A stretch of 51,006 nt of DNA from Methanobacteriota archaeon (lineage in GTDB: Archaea; Halobacteriota; Methanomicrobia; Methanomicrobiales; Methanoculleaceae). The notes beneath the pieces are model-generated. The model had not been told where the DNA came from. It searched no databases and worked only from the letters and a program-made list of their open reading frames with translations. Made by a program: the position numbers and the translations under genes. The stretch lies in contig JAEWMO010000065.1 in NCBI GenBank assembly GCA_023457135.1, forward strand, positions 1 through 51,006. The letters are read 5' to 3'. Below are positions 1-9,124 of the stretch, piece after piece; the stretch's first letter is position 1, and each line of letters opens with the position of its first letter.

Positions 1-1346
1 GGAAGCCGGCCGAGCGACTCCCTGATCAGCTCCGCCGGGTATTCGTAGTCGACGAGTTTTCCGGCAAAGTAGGCCTCATAGGAGGAGAAGTCGAAGTTGC
101 CGTGTCCCGAGTTGTTGAAGAGGATCACCTTCTCTTCGCCGGTCTCCCGGCACCGGAGAGCCTCGTCGATCGCGGCCTTCACGGCATGGGCGGCCTCGGG
201 CGCGACGATGATTCCCTCCGTCCGGGCAAACGTCACGGCGGCGTCAAAGACCTCGTTCTGGTGGTAGGCGACGGGCCGGGCGACGCCGTCGTGGACGAGA
301 CGGGAGACGAGCGGCGCCATGCCGTGGTAGCGGAGACCCCCGGCATGGATCGACGGCGGGACGAAATCGTGGCCGAGGGTGAACATCCGCATCATCGGCG
401 TCAGCCCCGCGACGTCCCCGAAGTCGTAGGCATACAGCCCCTTCGTCAGGGTCGGGCAGGCGAAAGGCTCCACCGCGATGATATCGGTGTCGGGGTGTTT
501 CCCGGTCATCTTCGCGCCGGCGAACGGGAAGGAGAGCCCGGCAAAGTTGGTGCCGCCGCCGACGCACCCGATCACGACGTCGGGGTAGGCGTCCTCCATC
601 GCGAGCTGCTGCTCTGCCTCCTGGCCGATGATCGTCTGGTGGAGGCAGACGTGGTTGAGGACGGAGCCGAGAGCGTAGTTGGTGTTCTCGTGGGCAGCCG
701 CGTCCTCGACCGCCTCGGATATGGCGATGCCGAGAGAGCCCGGGGTATCGGGGTCGCGGGCGAGCACCATCCGGCCCGACCGGGTCTTCTCCGACGGGCT
801 CGGGATACACTCGGCGCCGTAGACCTGCATCATGCTCTTCCGGTAGGGCTTCTGGTCGTAGGAGGACCGGACCATGTAGACGGTGCACTCCATATCGAAG
901 AGGCCCGCTGCAAACGCAAGCGACGAGCCCCACTGCCCCGCCCCGGTCTCGGTCGCCAGCCGCTCGATCCCCGCCTCGCGGTTGTAGTAGGCCTGCGGGA
1001 TGGCGGTGTTGGGTTTGTGCGAACCCGGCGGGCTCACGCCCTCCCACTTGTAGTAGATCTTTGCCGGGGTCTTTAAGACCTTCTCAAGCCTTCGTGCCCG
1101 GTAGAGGGGGCTCGGCCTCCAGAGGGTGAGGATGTCCCGGACCTCTTCGGGGATATCGATGTAGCGCTCCGTGCTCATCTCCTGGCGGATCAACTCCATC
1201 GGGAAGATGTGGCGGAGGTCGCCCGCGACCGCCGGTTTCCCGGTCGCCGGGTGAAGGGGCGGGTCCATGGGCGTCGGGAGGTCTGCCTGGATGTTGTACC
1301 ACCGCTTCGGCATCTCCCCCTCGTCAAGGAGGATCTTCGTCTGCAT
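1..1346 (-). CDS. trpB2: TrpB2-type tryptophan synthase beta-like PLP enzyme (3' end runs off the window)
   Basis: Manual translation from ATG 1346 gives [24 protein letters not shown], then [27 protein letters not shown] and GHGNFD motifs. No stop inside the window, so it is absent from the ORF track. Confidence 0.93.
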   Translation of the reverse strand, partial: MQTKILLDEGEMPKRWYNIQADLPTPMDPPLHPATGKPAVAGDLRHIFPMELIRQEMSTERYIDIPEEVRDILTLWRPSPLYRARRLEKVLKTPAKIYYKWEGVSPPGSHKPNTAIPQAYYNREAGIERLATETGAGQWGSSLAFAAGLFDMECTVYMVRSSYDQKPYRKSMMQVYGAECIPSPSEKTRSGRMVLARDPDTPGSLGIAISEAVEDAAAHENTNYALGSVLNHVCLHQTIIGQEAEQQLAMEDAYPDVVIGCVGGGTNFAGLSFPFAGAKMTGKHPDTDIIAVEPFACPTLTKGLYAYDFGDVAGLTPMMRMFTLGHDFVPPSIHAGGLRYHGMAPLVSRLVHDGVARPVAYHQNEVFDAAVTFARTEGIIVAPEAAHAVKAAIDEALRCRETGEEKVILFNNSGHGNFDFSSYEAYFAGKLVDYEYPAELIRESLGRL

Positions 1347-1516
1347 ACACCCAGGTGTGCTCTGTATACTTATATACATTGTGCACCACTTTTGAGCAAC
1401 GCAGGATAACTTAGATCGCTTCGATCGGGATAAACCGGACCCACCCCCTCCGGGAGAGCGGCCCGGAGATGGTTCCGGGGAAAAAGGGTATATAATCACC
1501 CTGCCACTTGAGTGCG

Positions 1517-2101
1517 ATGTATATCCTCGCCCATGCCATGGCCGGCATCCTGCTCGGGATCGTCCTCGCGGTGATCGCCGGCGACCGGCGAGTCGTCGCG
1601 CTCGGCGCGCTGGGCGCCGTGCTTCCCGACCTGATCGACAAACCGCTCGGGCATATTATCCTCAACGGGACCGTCAACTACGGGAGGATCTTCTTTCACG
1701 GCCTCACCGTCTTCTTCCTCTTCCTCATCGCCGGTCTCCTCCTCTACCACTACCGCGGCCGGTTCGGCCTTATCGCGGTTGCCGCCGGGATGGCGAGCCA
1801 CCAGTTCCTCGATGCGATGTGGCGGCATCCCGTCGAGTGGTTCTGGCCGTTCCTCGGCCCCCTCCCCCGGCACGATTACGCGGAGGACTATTTCTGGGAC
1901 GCCATCCTGCGGGAGCTCGCCCAGCCGAGCGAATGGCTCTTCTTCTTCCTGATCACCGGGTTGTTTGCCGTCCTCTACCGGCGGGAGCTCGAGGACCTCC
2001 TTGCCCGGCTCACAGGCGCGACGGATCGCCGGATGCTCTTTGCCGCGCTCGGCCTTGCCGCCGTCGCCGCACTGGCCGTGGGCGGGCGGTTCCTCCTCTG
2101 A
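1517..2101 (+). CDS. YdjM/DUF457-like membrane metal-dependent hydrolase
   Basis: H...[11 protein letters not shown]...GRIFFH...SHQFLD pattern with hydrophobic helices; AAAAAGGGTATATAA (BRE/TATA-like) at ~1481-1495. Confidence 0.8.
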   Translation: MYILAHAMAGILLGIVLAVIAGDRRVVALGALGAVLPDLIDKPLGHIILNGTVNYGRIFFHGLTVFFLFLIAGLLLYHYRGRFGLIAVAAGMASHQFLDAMWRHPVEWFWPFLGPLPRHDYAEDYFWDAILRELAQPSEWLFFFLITGLFAVLYRRELEDLLARLTGATDRRMLFAALGLAAVAALAVGGRFLL

Positions 2102-2102
2102 C

Positions 2103-2948
2103 TCATCTCCGCTTCTGCCACCAGATCGCGGCGTAGGTCGAGGAGCCGGTGAGGGCGAGCCCGTCGGCCTGCCGGCCAAGGTGAGTGCGGAAGTAATCCC
2201 GGAGGATCGCCCGCTGCTCGCCGGTCTCAACCCCCATCCGGGGAGCGAAGTGCTCGACCGCGTCCTCGAGGGTCGGAAACACGGTCGTGCCCTCCAGCGG
2301 GCGCATCAGGACGTTCGGGTAGATCCCCATACCGTAGAGGACGTTGAAGAGGCAGTCGGCCTTCGGCCTGGGGTGGTAGGGCGCCCCGTGCAGGTCCTCC
2401 CAGAGCTCGAGATAAAGACGCTCCCAGAGCGGTTCGTCGGCGAACCAGTAGAGGTGGACCGACCCGGAGGCAGCCGCGTCCATCGCGGCAAGGGCAGACC
2501 GGATATCCAGCATCACGAGCGAGAACGAGGCGACCACCCGGTCGTAAGGCGGGTCGAGATCGCGGTCCGGATCGATCTCCTCCCAGAGGCCCTGGACGGT
2601 GGTGATGTCGGCGAGTTTCTCCCGTTCTGCGGCCGCCCGGAGTTCGGCGAGCATCCCCTCCGCCGGGTCGACCGCCGTCACCGAAGCACCGGCTCTCGCA
2701 AGCGGGAGGGCGAGGGTCCCCGGACCCGACCCGATATCGAGCACCCGGTCGCCGGGAGAGACGGCAAGGTCCGAGAGGATCTCCGCGACCCGGGCGGTTC
2801 GGCCCGCCTCCCCCCGGACGGCATACCGCCGGGCCTGCTCCCGGTCCCCCCAGAGCCCGGCACCCTCCCGGAACCCCGGGGTCGACCGGTTCAGGGCGAG
2901 CCGGATCCTCCAGACATCGTTCCAGTCGGGGGCCACACCTTCCTTCAT
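2103..2948 (-). CDS. Class I SAM-dependent methyltransferase
   Basis: VLDIGSGPG motif I followed by VTAVD; start placed at MKEGV (2948). Confidence 0.85.
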   Translation of the reverse strand: MKEGVAPDWNDVWRIRLALNRSTPGFREGAGLWGDREQARRYAVRGEAGRTARVAEILSDLAVSPGDRVLDIGSGPGTLALPLARAGASVTAVDPAEGMLAELRAAAEREKLADITTVQGLWEEIDPDRDLDPPYDRVVASFSLVMLDIRSALAAMDAAASGSVHLYWFADEPLWERLYLELWEDLHGAPYHPRPKADCLFNVLYGMGIYPNVLMRPLEGTTVFPTLEDAVEHFAPRMGVETGEQRAILRDYFRTHLGRQADGLALTGSSTYAAIWWQKRR

Positions 2949-3073
2949 CGGTCCTTCGGTCGCCTTTTGAGCGTAAGTAGGTATCCATGTATCCTGCCCG
3001 ACCGTTTCAGGGCGCAGGGTAACCCCAACCATTATATACGAGACTGCAGACTGGAATACCTGTGGTGAATGGT

Positions 3074-3529
3074 GTGACTGGCGAAACAATGCTCCAGATT
3101 ACCGTCGATCAGCTTGCACGAACACTCTGCGCGAGCGCAATCCTCGGTGCTCCGGTCGACACCGGCGACCGGGTCATCATACCGGTCGCTGAATTCGGGT
3201 TCGCGTTCGGCGGCGGCGAGGGGACCGGAGGAGACAAACAGGGCAACCAGGGTTGCGGTTCCGGGACCGGCGGTGGGGGAGGTATATCGGCCGTCGCCCT
3301 GATCGTCGTCACGAAAGGCATCCCCGGCCCCGACGGCATCCAGGTGGTCTCGCTGAAGAAGAAGAGCCACCTGGCGGAGGTCATCACGACGATCGGGGAG
3401 ACTGTCGGCCCGCACGTCGCACACGCGTTCGAGAAGGGCACGGATATGATGATGCAGCGCAAGAGCAAAGAGCCGCAGACAGTAGAAGAGGGGACCGAGA
3501 TCCCGGTCCGCATCGAAGAGGAGACCTAA
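3074..3529 (+). CDS. GerW/YtfJ-family protein
   Basis: ILGAPVDTGDRVIIPVAEFGFAFGGGEG...GGGGGISAVALIVV signature; GTG 3074 follows GGTGA (ATG 3089 is an alternative start). Confidence 0.85.
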   Translation: MTGETMLQITVDQLARTLCASAILGAPVDTGDRVIIPVAEFGFAFGGGEGTGGDKQGNQGCGSGTGGGGGISAVALIVVTKGIPGPDGIQVVSLKKKSHLAEVITTIGETVGPHVAHAFEKGTDMMMQRKSKEPQTVEEGTEIPVRIEEET

Positions 3530-3550
3530 CCCTCTCTTCGCTTCCTCTCC

Positions 3551-4231
3551 ATGGCCGCGACGCTTCTCTTTTTGATCCTGCTCGCCGTCGCCATCGTCCT
3601 CCTGCTCTTCCTGCTTGCCCTCTACCTGGTCCCGGTGACCGTTGAAGCGGCATCCGACTGCACGCAGGAGAGTGCCCGGGCGATCGCAACCGTAGCCTGG
3701 GGCATCGTAGGGGCGAGGGTCCGGGTCGGCGACGGCCTGCAGGTGATCGAGGTTCTCCTGGTGGGCCGCCCGGTCGTGACCCGCGACATCGCGGAGCTGG
3801 CAAAACCCGCCCCTCCGGAGGAGAAGAAGAAAGAGGAGAAAGAACCCCGCCCGGCTATTTCGGCGCGTGAACTCCTCGGCGCCGCCCGCGACCTCCGGCC
3901 CCACGTCAGGGAGGTGCTGGCCGCTTTCCTCCGGTCCCTCCACCTCGAGAGACTCCGGGGCCGGATCACCCTCGGCCTCGAGAGTCCTGCCGACACCGGG
4001 ACCGTCTACGGCTGGTGCACGGCCGTCCGCTACGCCCTCTGGCCGGCCGAGGCGGTCGACTTCGTGATGATCCCTATCTTCGGCAGGGAGATCTTCGAAG
4101 GCGCCTTCCTGCTCCGGTTCCAGATCCGCCGCCCGCTCCTGATCATCGTCCCCGTCGTGCGGGCCCTATTCCATAAACCGGTCCGGCAGCGGCTCCGGCA
4201 GTTCTCCGGAAGAGGTGCTCCCGGTGCCTGA
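3551..4231 (+). CDS. DUF2953 (YtfI-like) membrane-anchored protein
   Basis: N-terminal TM helix; LGLESPADTGTVYG motif; adjacent to ytfJ homologue. Confidence 0.75.
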   Translation: MAATLLFLILLAVAIVLLLFLLALYLVPVTVEAASDCTQESARAIATVAWGIVGARVRVGDGLQVIEVLLVGRPVVTRDIAELAKPAPPEEKKKEEKEPRPAISARELLGAARDLRPHVREVLAAFLRSLHLERLRGRITLGLESPADTGTVYGWCTAVRYALWPAEAVDFVMIPIFGREIFEGAFLLRFQIRRPLLIIVPVVRALFHKPVRQRLRQFSGRGAPGA

Positions 4232-4478
4232 GGGGACCGATCTCGTCGTCGGGGGCGGCCGCAGGGTCGAAGGGCGGTGCATCATCCCCATCGTCAGGGC
4301 CCTCGCCATCCACGGGGGAGGAGGCACCGCGGTCAGCCTGACCCCGGTCGCGCTGGTCGTCGCCGAGGGGGAGAACGAGTACCTTGCCCTTCTCCCCGGC
4401 GTGGCACCGGACGTCAGGGATGCCATCGGCACGCTTCGCGGCGATATCGAGCGCGAAAAAGAGGAGTGTGCCGGTTAG
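4215..4478 (+). CDS. Small degenerate YtfJ-like protein
   Basis: GRCIIPIV...GGGGTAVSLTPVALVV resembles the YtfJ core; overlaps the upstream stop. Confidence 0.55.
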   Translation: MLPVPEGTDLVVGGGRRVEGRCIIPIVRALAIHGGGGTAVSLTPVALVVAEGENEYLALLPGVAPDVRDAIGTLRGDIEREKEECAG

Positions 4479-4482
4479 GCGA

Positions 4483-5628
4483 TCACTCGTGGCGGAGCGC
4501 CTGGATCGGGTTTAGCTGCGCCGCTTTCCAGGCCGGGTAGAGGCCGGAGGCCACGCTCGTCAGGACGCCAAACGCCATCCCGAAGACGATATAGAGGAGG
4601 CTCGTCGGGTTGAAGAGGTAGTCCGGGTTCCCGACGAAGATCGCCGTCACCGCATACCCGGCGACGAAACTGAGCACCCCCCCGATGGCGGCGCCTGCAA
4701 GGCCGAGGAGAAGGGCCTCGTAGATGAACATCCGCATCACCTCGCTCCGGCGGGTCCCGATGCTCCGCAGGACGCCGATCTCCTTGATCCGCTCGGTCAC
4801 CGACATCAGCATCACGTTTAAGATCGAGACCCCGGCGACGATGAGGGAGATCGCGCCGATACCCGAGAGGAAGACCGTGATCGAGTCTGCGGCCGAGAAG
4901 ATGCTCTCGAGGATCCCGCGGGTGTCCATGACGTTGACCGTATCCTCGCGCCGGTTCATCCGCTGCTCGATCGATTCCTTGACCGCGTCGATGTCGTTGA
5001 CGTCCCGGACCTTCACGATGACCTGGTCATACTCCTCCTCATCGTAGTGGTTCGAGTACCAGGAGTAGGGGACGACGATGGCGTAGTCGGGGTTGATGTC
5101 AAAGCCCATCCCCCGCTCTTCAAGCACGCCCACCACACGGAGGGTCTCACTGCCGATCCTGACCCGGGCGCCGAGTTTCAGGCCGTTCTCCCTGCTGTTC
5201 GCGGCAAGCTGGCTCCCGATCAGGCATCCGGCGCCGGTCTCCTTCGGGTAGGACCCCGACTCCAGTGCGAGCAGGGAGGGGATATCCCCGGCGGGGATCG
5301 CGTATATCATCGCGGCGCTCTCTTTATCGCCGACGGTTATCCTGTCGGCGTTGGTTGAGAACGGTATCGCCACGTTCGAACCGACTGCCCGGGAGATATC
5401 GGCCACCTGCCGTTCGGTGAGCTTGCCGCCGCCGGTGCCCATCGCCGGGGAGACGATGATGGTGTCGCCGACGTCGGTGACCATGTCGCCGAACATGAGG
5501 CTGATGCTGTTGCCCATGATGCCGAGGGAGGCGATCGCGATGACGCCGATGACGATCCCGATGACCGCGAGGGTCGATCGGAGCCAGTGGCGGCTGACGT
5601 TCCGGCGGGCGAGGTCAAAGAAGGTCAT
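4483..5628 (-). CDS. ABC transporter permease, MacB/FtsX family
   Basis: RSTLAVIGIVIGV, SVTERIKEIGVLRSIG and YPAWKAAQLNPIQALRHE motifs. Confidence 0.93.
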   Translation of the reverse strand: MTFFDLARRNVSRHWLRSTLAVIGIVIGVIAIASLGIMGNSISLMFGDMVTDVGDTIIVSPAMGTGGGKLTERQVADISRAVGSNVAIPFSTNADRITVGDKESAAMIYAIPAGDIPSLLALESGSYPKETGAGCLIGSQLAANSRENGLKLGARVRIGSETLRVVGVLEERGMGFDINPDYAIVVPYSWYSNHYDEEEYDQVIVKVRDVNDIDAVKESIEQRMNRREDTVNVMDTRGILESIFSAADSITVFLSGIGAISLIVAGVSILNVMLMSVTERIKEIGVLRSIGTRRSEVMRMFIYEALLLGLAGAAIGGVLSFVAGYAVTAIFVGNPDYLFNPTSLLYIVFGMAFGVLTSVASGLYPAWKAAQLNPIQALRHE

Positions 5629-6296
5629 GATGCCACCTTCCCGTCGACGAGCCGGATTGTCCGGTCGGCGTACTCCGTCATCCGGGGATCGTGGGTGACC
5701 ATGACGACGGTCTTGCCCTCCTCGCGGTTCATACGGTCGAGGAGATCCATGATCGCGGTCCCGGTCTTCGAGTCCAGGTTCCCGGTCGGTTCGTCGCAGA
5801 GGAGGAAATCGGGGTCGTTGACGAGCGCACGGGCGATCGCCACGCGCTGCTGCTGGCCGCCGGAGAGTTCGCCGGGTTTGTGGGTGAAGTGGGTTTCAGC
5901 AATCCCCACCGCCCGGAGGACCTCCTGCGCCCGCTCGCGGGACCCGTTCTGCCGGCCTTTCAGGATGAGCGGGTACTCGACGTTCTCGACGACCGAGAGG
6001 AGCGGGATGAGGTTGAACTGCTGGAAGACGAACCCGATGTGGTCGCGCCGCATGAGGGTCAGTTCGTCGTCGTCCATCCCGCCGATCCGTTTGCCGGCGA
6101 TGGTGACCTCCCCGGAGGTCGGGACATCGAGCGACCCCATGATGTTCAACAGGGTCGATTTCCCCGACCCCGACGGCCCCATGACCAGGACGAACTCGCC
6201 CTTCTCAATGGCGATATCGATCCCGGCGAGCGCGATGACGTCGCCTGCAGGGAGGGGATAGACCTTTCTGACGTTCTCGAAACTGATGACCGGCAT
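5625..6296 (-). CDS. ABC transporter ATP-binding protein (LolD/MacB type)
   Basis: Walker A GPSGSGKS, LSGGQQQRVAIARAL, DEPTGNLD. Confidence 0.95.
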   Translation of the reverse strand: MPVISFENVRKVYPLPAGDVIALAGIDIAIEKGEFVLVMGPSGSGKSTLLNIMGSLDVPTSGEVTIAGKRIGGMDDDELTLMRRDHIGFVFQQFNLIPLLSVVENVEYPLILKGRQNGSRERAQEVLRAVGIAETHFTHKPGELSGGQQQRVAIARALVNDPDFLLCDEPTGNLDSKTGTAIMDLLDRMNREEGKTVVMVTHDPRMTEYADRTIRLVDGKVAS

Positions 6297-6301
6297 TGCC
6301 G

Positions 6302-7438
6302 TTACTTCCGTCTCCACGAGTAGTAGATGGCACCGAATATCCCGACCGCGGCAAGCATGATGACGACCACGCCAAGGGGCGGGATGCCGCCGTCCGACTC
6401 TTCGAGGGGAGTGGCCGCAACGCCGCCGACCTCGACCATCGTCGTCGCCGTATACCGGTTGCCGTCGTCGTCCCGGTACTCGACGACGACCGGGATCTCG
6501 CGTGCGCCTCCATCGGCCCGGAACGTCACCTCAAACGAAGAGATGTCGTCGGGGTCGAGCGTCCCGACGACGTAGACCCGGAAGGGATCGGTGGGTGCCG
6601 CCGGGGCCCCGGTGGTGACGAGGACCGACCGTGCGGACTCAAGGCCGGCGTTCATGACGTCGCCCACGATCCGGTAGCCCCCGGCGATGGGGGTGACCTC
6701 GACGTTGGTGACGACCGGGTCCGCCTGTCTCTTATCCTCGCTGAAGGCGATGGGGAGGGTGAGATCGGCGGTATGGGTATTGATGCCGTTGCGCCAGATC
6801 ACCTGGAACGCGACATCCGTCTCCGCGGTAGGGGTCAGGTTGAAGCGGACGGTCGAAGAGCCGTCGGGGGCGAGGGCGCCGATGAACCCCCCGGTCGGGG
6901 TGACGGTAAAGTCCGTTCCCTGCGGGACCACCTGGACGCCTGATGCGGCGTTCGGGCGCGGGTTCCCGACCAGAATGGTGATATCGGCTGTACGGCCCTG
7001 AGCAAAGGCGTCCGGTTTCCCGATCACCGAGACGCTGAGGGGAGTATCCTCAACCTGGATGGGGACCGGGTAGCGGAGGCTGCCGCCTTCACGGAAGTCG
7101 ACGACGAACATGGGATAGAATGTCCCCTCCCCGCCGCTTGCCCGGAGGGTGAAGGTGAACGTCTTGTTGTTGTGGGCGCCGATCTCTCCTACCACCGGGT
7201 AGGGATCGCTCGTGGCCACGACCCCGTCGTTGTAGAGACGGACGCTCTTGATGGCGACGGGTTCGGCACCGTTGTTCTGGATAACGACCGTGAGGGTCCC
7301 GGTATCCCCCTTCATCAGGACCGCCGGGTCGAGCGAGGAGGAGGTCACGGTGACGTCGGCCGGGCCGGCGGAAGCCGGGCCGGTGACCACCGTCACGGCG
7401 CAGAGAAGTGCTATGATAACGAGATGAAACGGTTTCAT
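6302..7438 (-). CDS. COG1361 S-layer-domain / Ig-like surface protein with C-terminal TM anchor
   Basis: Signal peptide; repeated beta-rich domains (GDTGTLTVVIQNNG, YVVGTLDPDDISSFEVTF); C-terminal TM helix plus basic tail. Confidence 0.8.
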   Translation of the reverse strand: MKPFHLVIIALLCAVTVVTGPASAGPADVTVTSSSLDPAVLMKGDTGTLTVVIQNNGAEPVAIKSVRLYNDGVVATSDPYPVVGEIGAHNNKTFTFTLRASGGEGTFYPMFVVDFREGGSLRYPVPIQVEDTPLSVSVIGKPDAFAQGRTADITILVGNPRPNAASGVQVVPQGTDFTVTPTGGFIGALAPDGSSTVRFNLTPTAETDVAFQVIWRNGINTHTADLTLPIAFSEDKRQADPVVTNVEVTPIAGGYRIVGDVMNAGLESARSVLVTTGAPAAPTDPFRVYVVGTLDPDDISSFEVTFRADGGAREIPVVVEYRDDDGNRYTATTMVEVGGVAATPLEESDGGIPPLGVVVIMLAAVGIFGAIYYSWRRK

Positions 7439-7439
7439 A

Positions 7440-8096
7440 TTACAGCCATCCGGCAAATGTCATGATTGTATAGAGGAGGTAGAGGCCTACGGGTATTCCG
7501 ACGGTGAGCGCTGCGTCCCGCGTGGAGAGGTTTCGTGCATACTTCATGCCGAAGATCCAGATGTTCGCGCTCCAGATCATGAAGAGGATGCCCACGATCC
7601 CGGAGATCTGCGCCAGGGGGTCGGCTACCAGCATGGTTGCCAGGTCCTCGGAGAACTCCACCATCTGCTCAGGGCTCATCGCAGACGGGATTGTTATGCG
7701 CGAGATGATCAGGTAGGTGAAGAACGCCCCGATGATGCCCCCGAATACCTGGGGAAGGAACCCATAGCCCGTGAACTCCAGCGTCCTCTTGAAATCGCCT
7801 TTGCCCTTGAAGGCCATCGAGATGAGGTAGAAGACAATACCGAAGGCGATCCACATCAAGAATCCCCCGATCACGCCGAAGACGGCGGCGAAGATCACGC
7901 CGATCATCCCGAAAGCCTGCGCTTCGGCGGGGAGCATCGCGATGATCATGTTTGCCGCCATTGCGGCCGAGACTGCCCCGATGATCCCGATGACAAGCGC
8001 GATCAGCGCCGGCACCTTCAGGCTCGGTTCGTCCTGCATCCGCGCTTCAAAGAAACGCCCGGGATTGAGCAGTACCCGGAGAAATCCAGCTTCCAT
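7440..8096 (-). CDS. YIP1-family membrane protein
   Basis: LLNPGRFFE start, FKGKGDFKRTLEFTGYGFLP motif, about 5 TM helices. Confidence 0.82.
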   Translation of the reverse strand: MEAGFLRVLLNPGRFFEARMQDEPSLKVPALIALVIGIIGAVSAAMAANMIIAMLPAEAQAFGMIGVIFAAVFGVIGGFLMWIAFGIVFYLISMAFKGKGDFKRTLEFTGYGFLPQVFGGIIGAFFTYLIISRITIPSAMSPEQMVEFSEDLATMLVADPLAQISGIVGILFMIWSANIWIFGMKYARNLSTRDAALTVGIPVGLYLLYTIMTFAGWL

Positions 8097-8264
8097 GGTT
8101 AATGTGCCTCGTATACTCTTGGCAGACCGGGGGAGATATATTTTTTCAGTAATGGGAGCCGGAACAGCCCATCCCTCCTGCAAAAAAGATCGTTATAATT
8201 ACTGGAAATCCCTTTAAACGGGACTGGAGCGGCCGGACGACTCCACCGGAAGCGCGCGGGTACG

Positions 8265-8930
8265 CTAGAGGTGCCCGAGTTCTTTGAGGCTCACGTAGCC
8301 TTTCTTTGTGATGATGATATGGTCGAGCACCCGGATACCCAGGATCGAGCCGGCCTCGACGAGCTGCCGGGTGATGCCGATGTCCTGGGAGGAGGGGTCG
8401 AGCGTACCCGATGGATGGTTGTGGACCAGGATGACCGAGGCGGCACGGTCGGTGATCGCGTCGGAAAAGACCTCACGCGGGTGAACCAGGCTCTGGTTCA
8501 GGATTCCGACGGTGACGGTCCGGCGCTCGATCACCTCGCCGGCACCGTTGAGGGTGATACAGATGAAGTACTCCTGCTTCTTATCCCGCCACGCCGCGAC
8601 CAGCGGAAGCACATCGCCGGGCGAGGTTATCCGGTGTTCTGAGAGGGCTTCTTCCTGGTAACGCCGCCCGAGCTCAAAGCAGGCCATGATCTCACAGGCT
8701 TTTGCCGAACCGACTCCATCGATAGCGATAAGGGCGTCGTATGACGGGCTGCCCCCGGTATCTTTCAGGTAACGCACGACGTCGCCGGCAACCTGGGAGA
8801 CATCCCGTCCTTTTGTACCCCGCCCGATGAGGAGAGCGATCAGCTCCTGATCGGTGAGCGCCTGCGGCCCCCGCTCTGCCAGTTTCTCGCGTGGACGGTC
8901 ATGGCTGGGGAGTTCGCGCATCCGCTTCAT
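8265..8930 (-). CDS. radC: RadC/UPF0758 JAB-domain protein
   Basis: DRPREKL N-terminus, HhH-like IDGVGSAKA, VHPREVF, HNHPSG...S..D, VLDHII. Confidence 0.93.
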   Translation of the reverse strand: MKRMRELPSHDRPREKLAERGPQALTDQELIALLIGRGTKGRDVSQVAGDVVRYLKDTGGSPSYDALIAIDGVGSAKACEIMACFELGRRYQEEALSEHRITSPGDVLPLVAAWRDKKQEYFICITLNGAGEVIERRTVTVGILNQSLVHPREVFSDAITDRAASVILVHNHPSGTLDPSSQDIGITRQLVEAGSILGIRVLDHIIITKKGYVSLKELGHL

Positions 8931-9124
8931 GTGCACCCGCTCCTGTGGGAGTGATCAAGGTTCCCTTTTTGATCCGGGAGCATGTATAGGTTTTCAATCG
9001 ATCCCGGATTTCAGGCCGGATGACGGGAAGGGAGACAGAAGAGGATAGGATTTCCTGAGAGGCTGATGAAGATCACAGGTCTATAGCGAAACCATTTTAA
9101 CAGGTAATCACCATCACTCACAAA

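Noticed and set aside
102..1076. 324-aa + strand ORF and similar long antisense ORFs (e.g. 9011-10462, 14955-16496, 23235-24905, 27040-28848, 44459-46024)
   Set aside because: Shadow ORFs opposite well-supported genes, as expected at high GC; no recognisable motifs.
8196..8225. TTACTGGAAATCCC as a possible ORB
   Set aside because: Only a half-core match with no properly spaced G-string; lies in the promoter region of the YIP1 gene.
8265..8930. radC as a marker of a mobile element
   Set aside because: Full-length form with the N-terminal DRPREKL domain; no integrase, att site or composition shift nearby.
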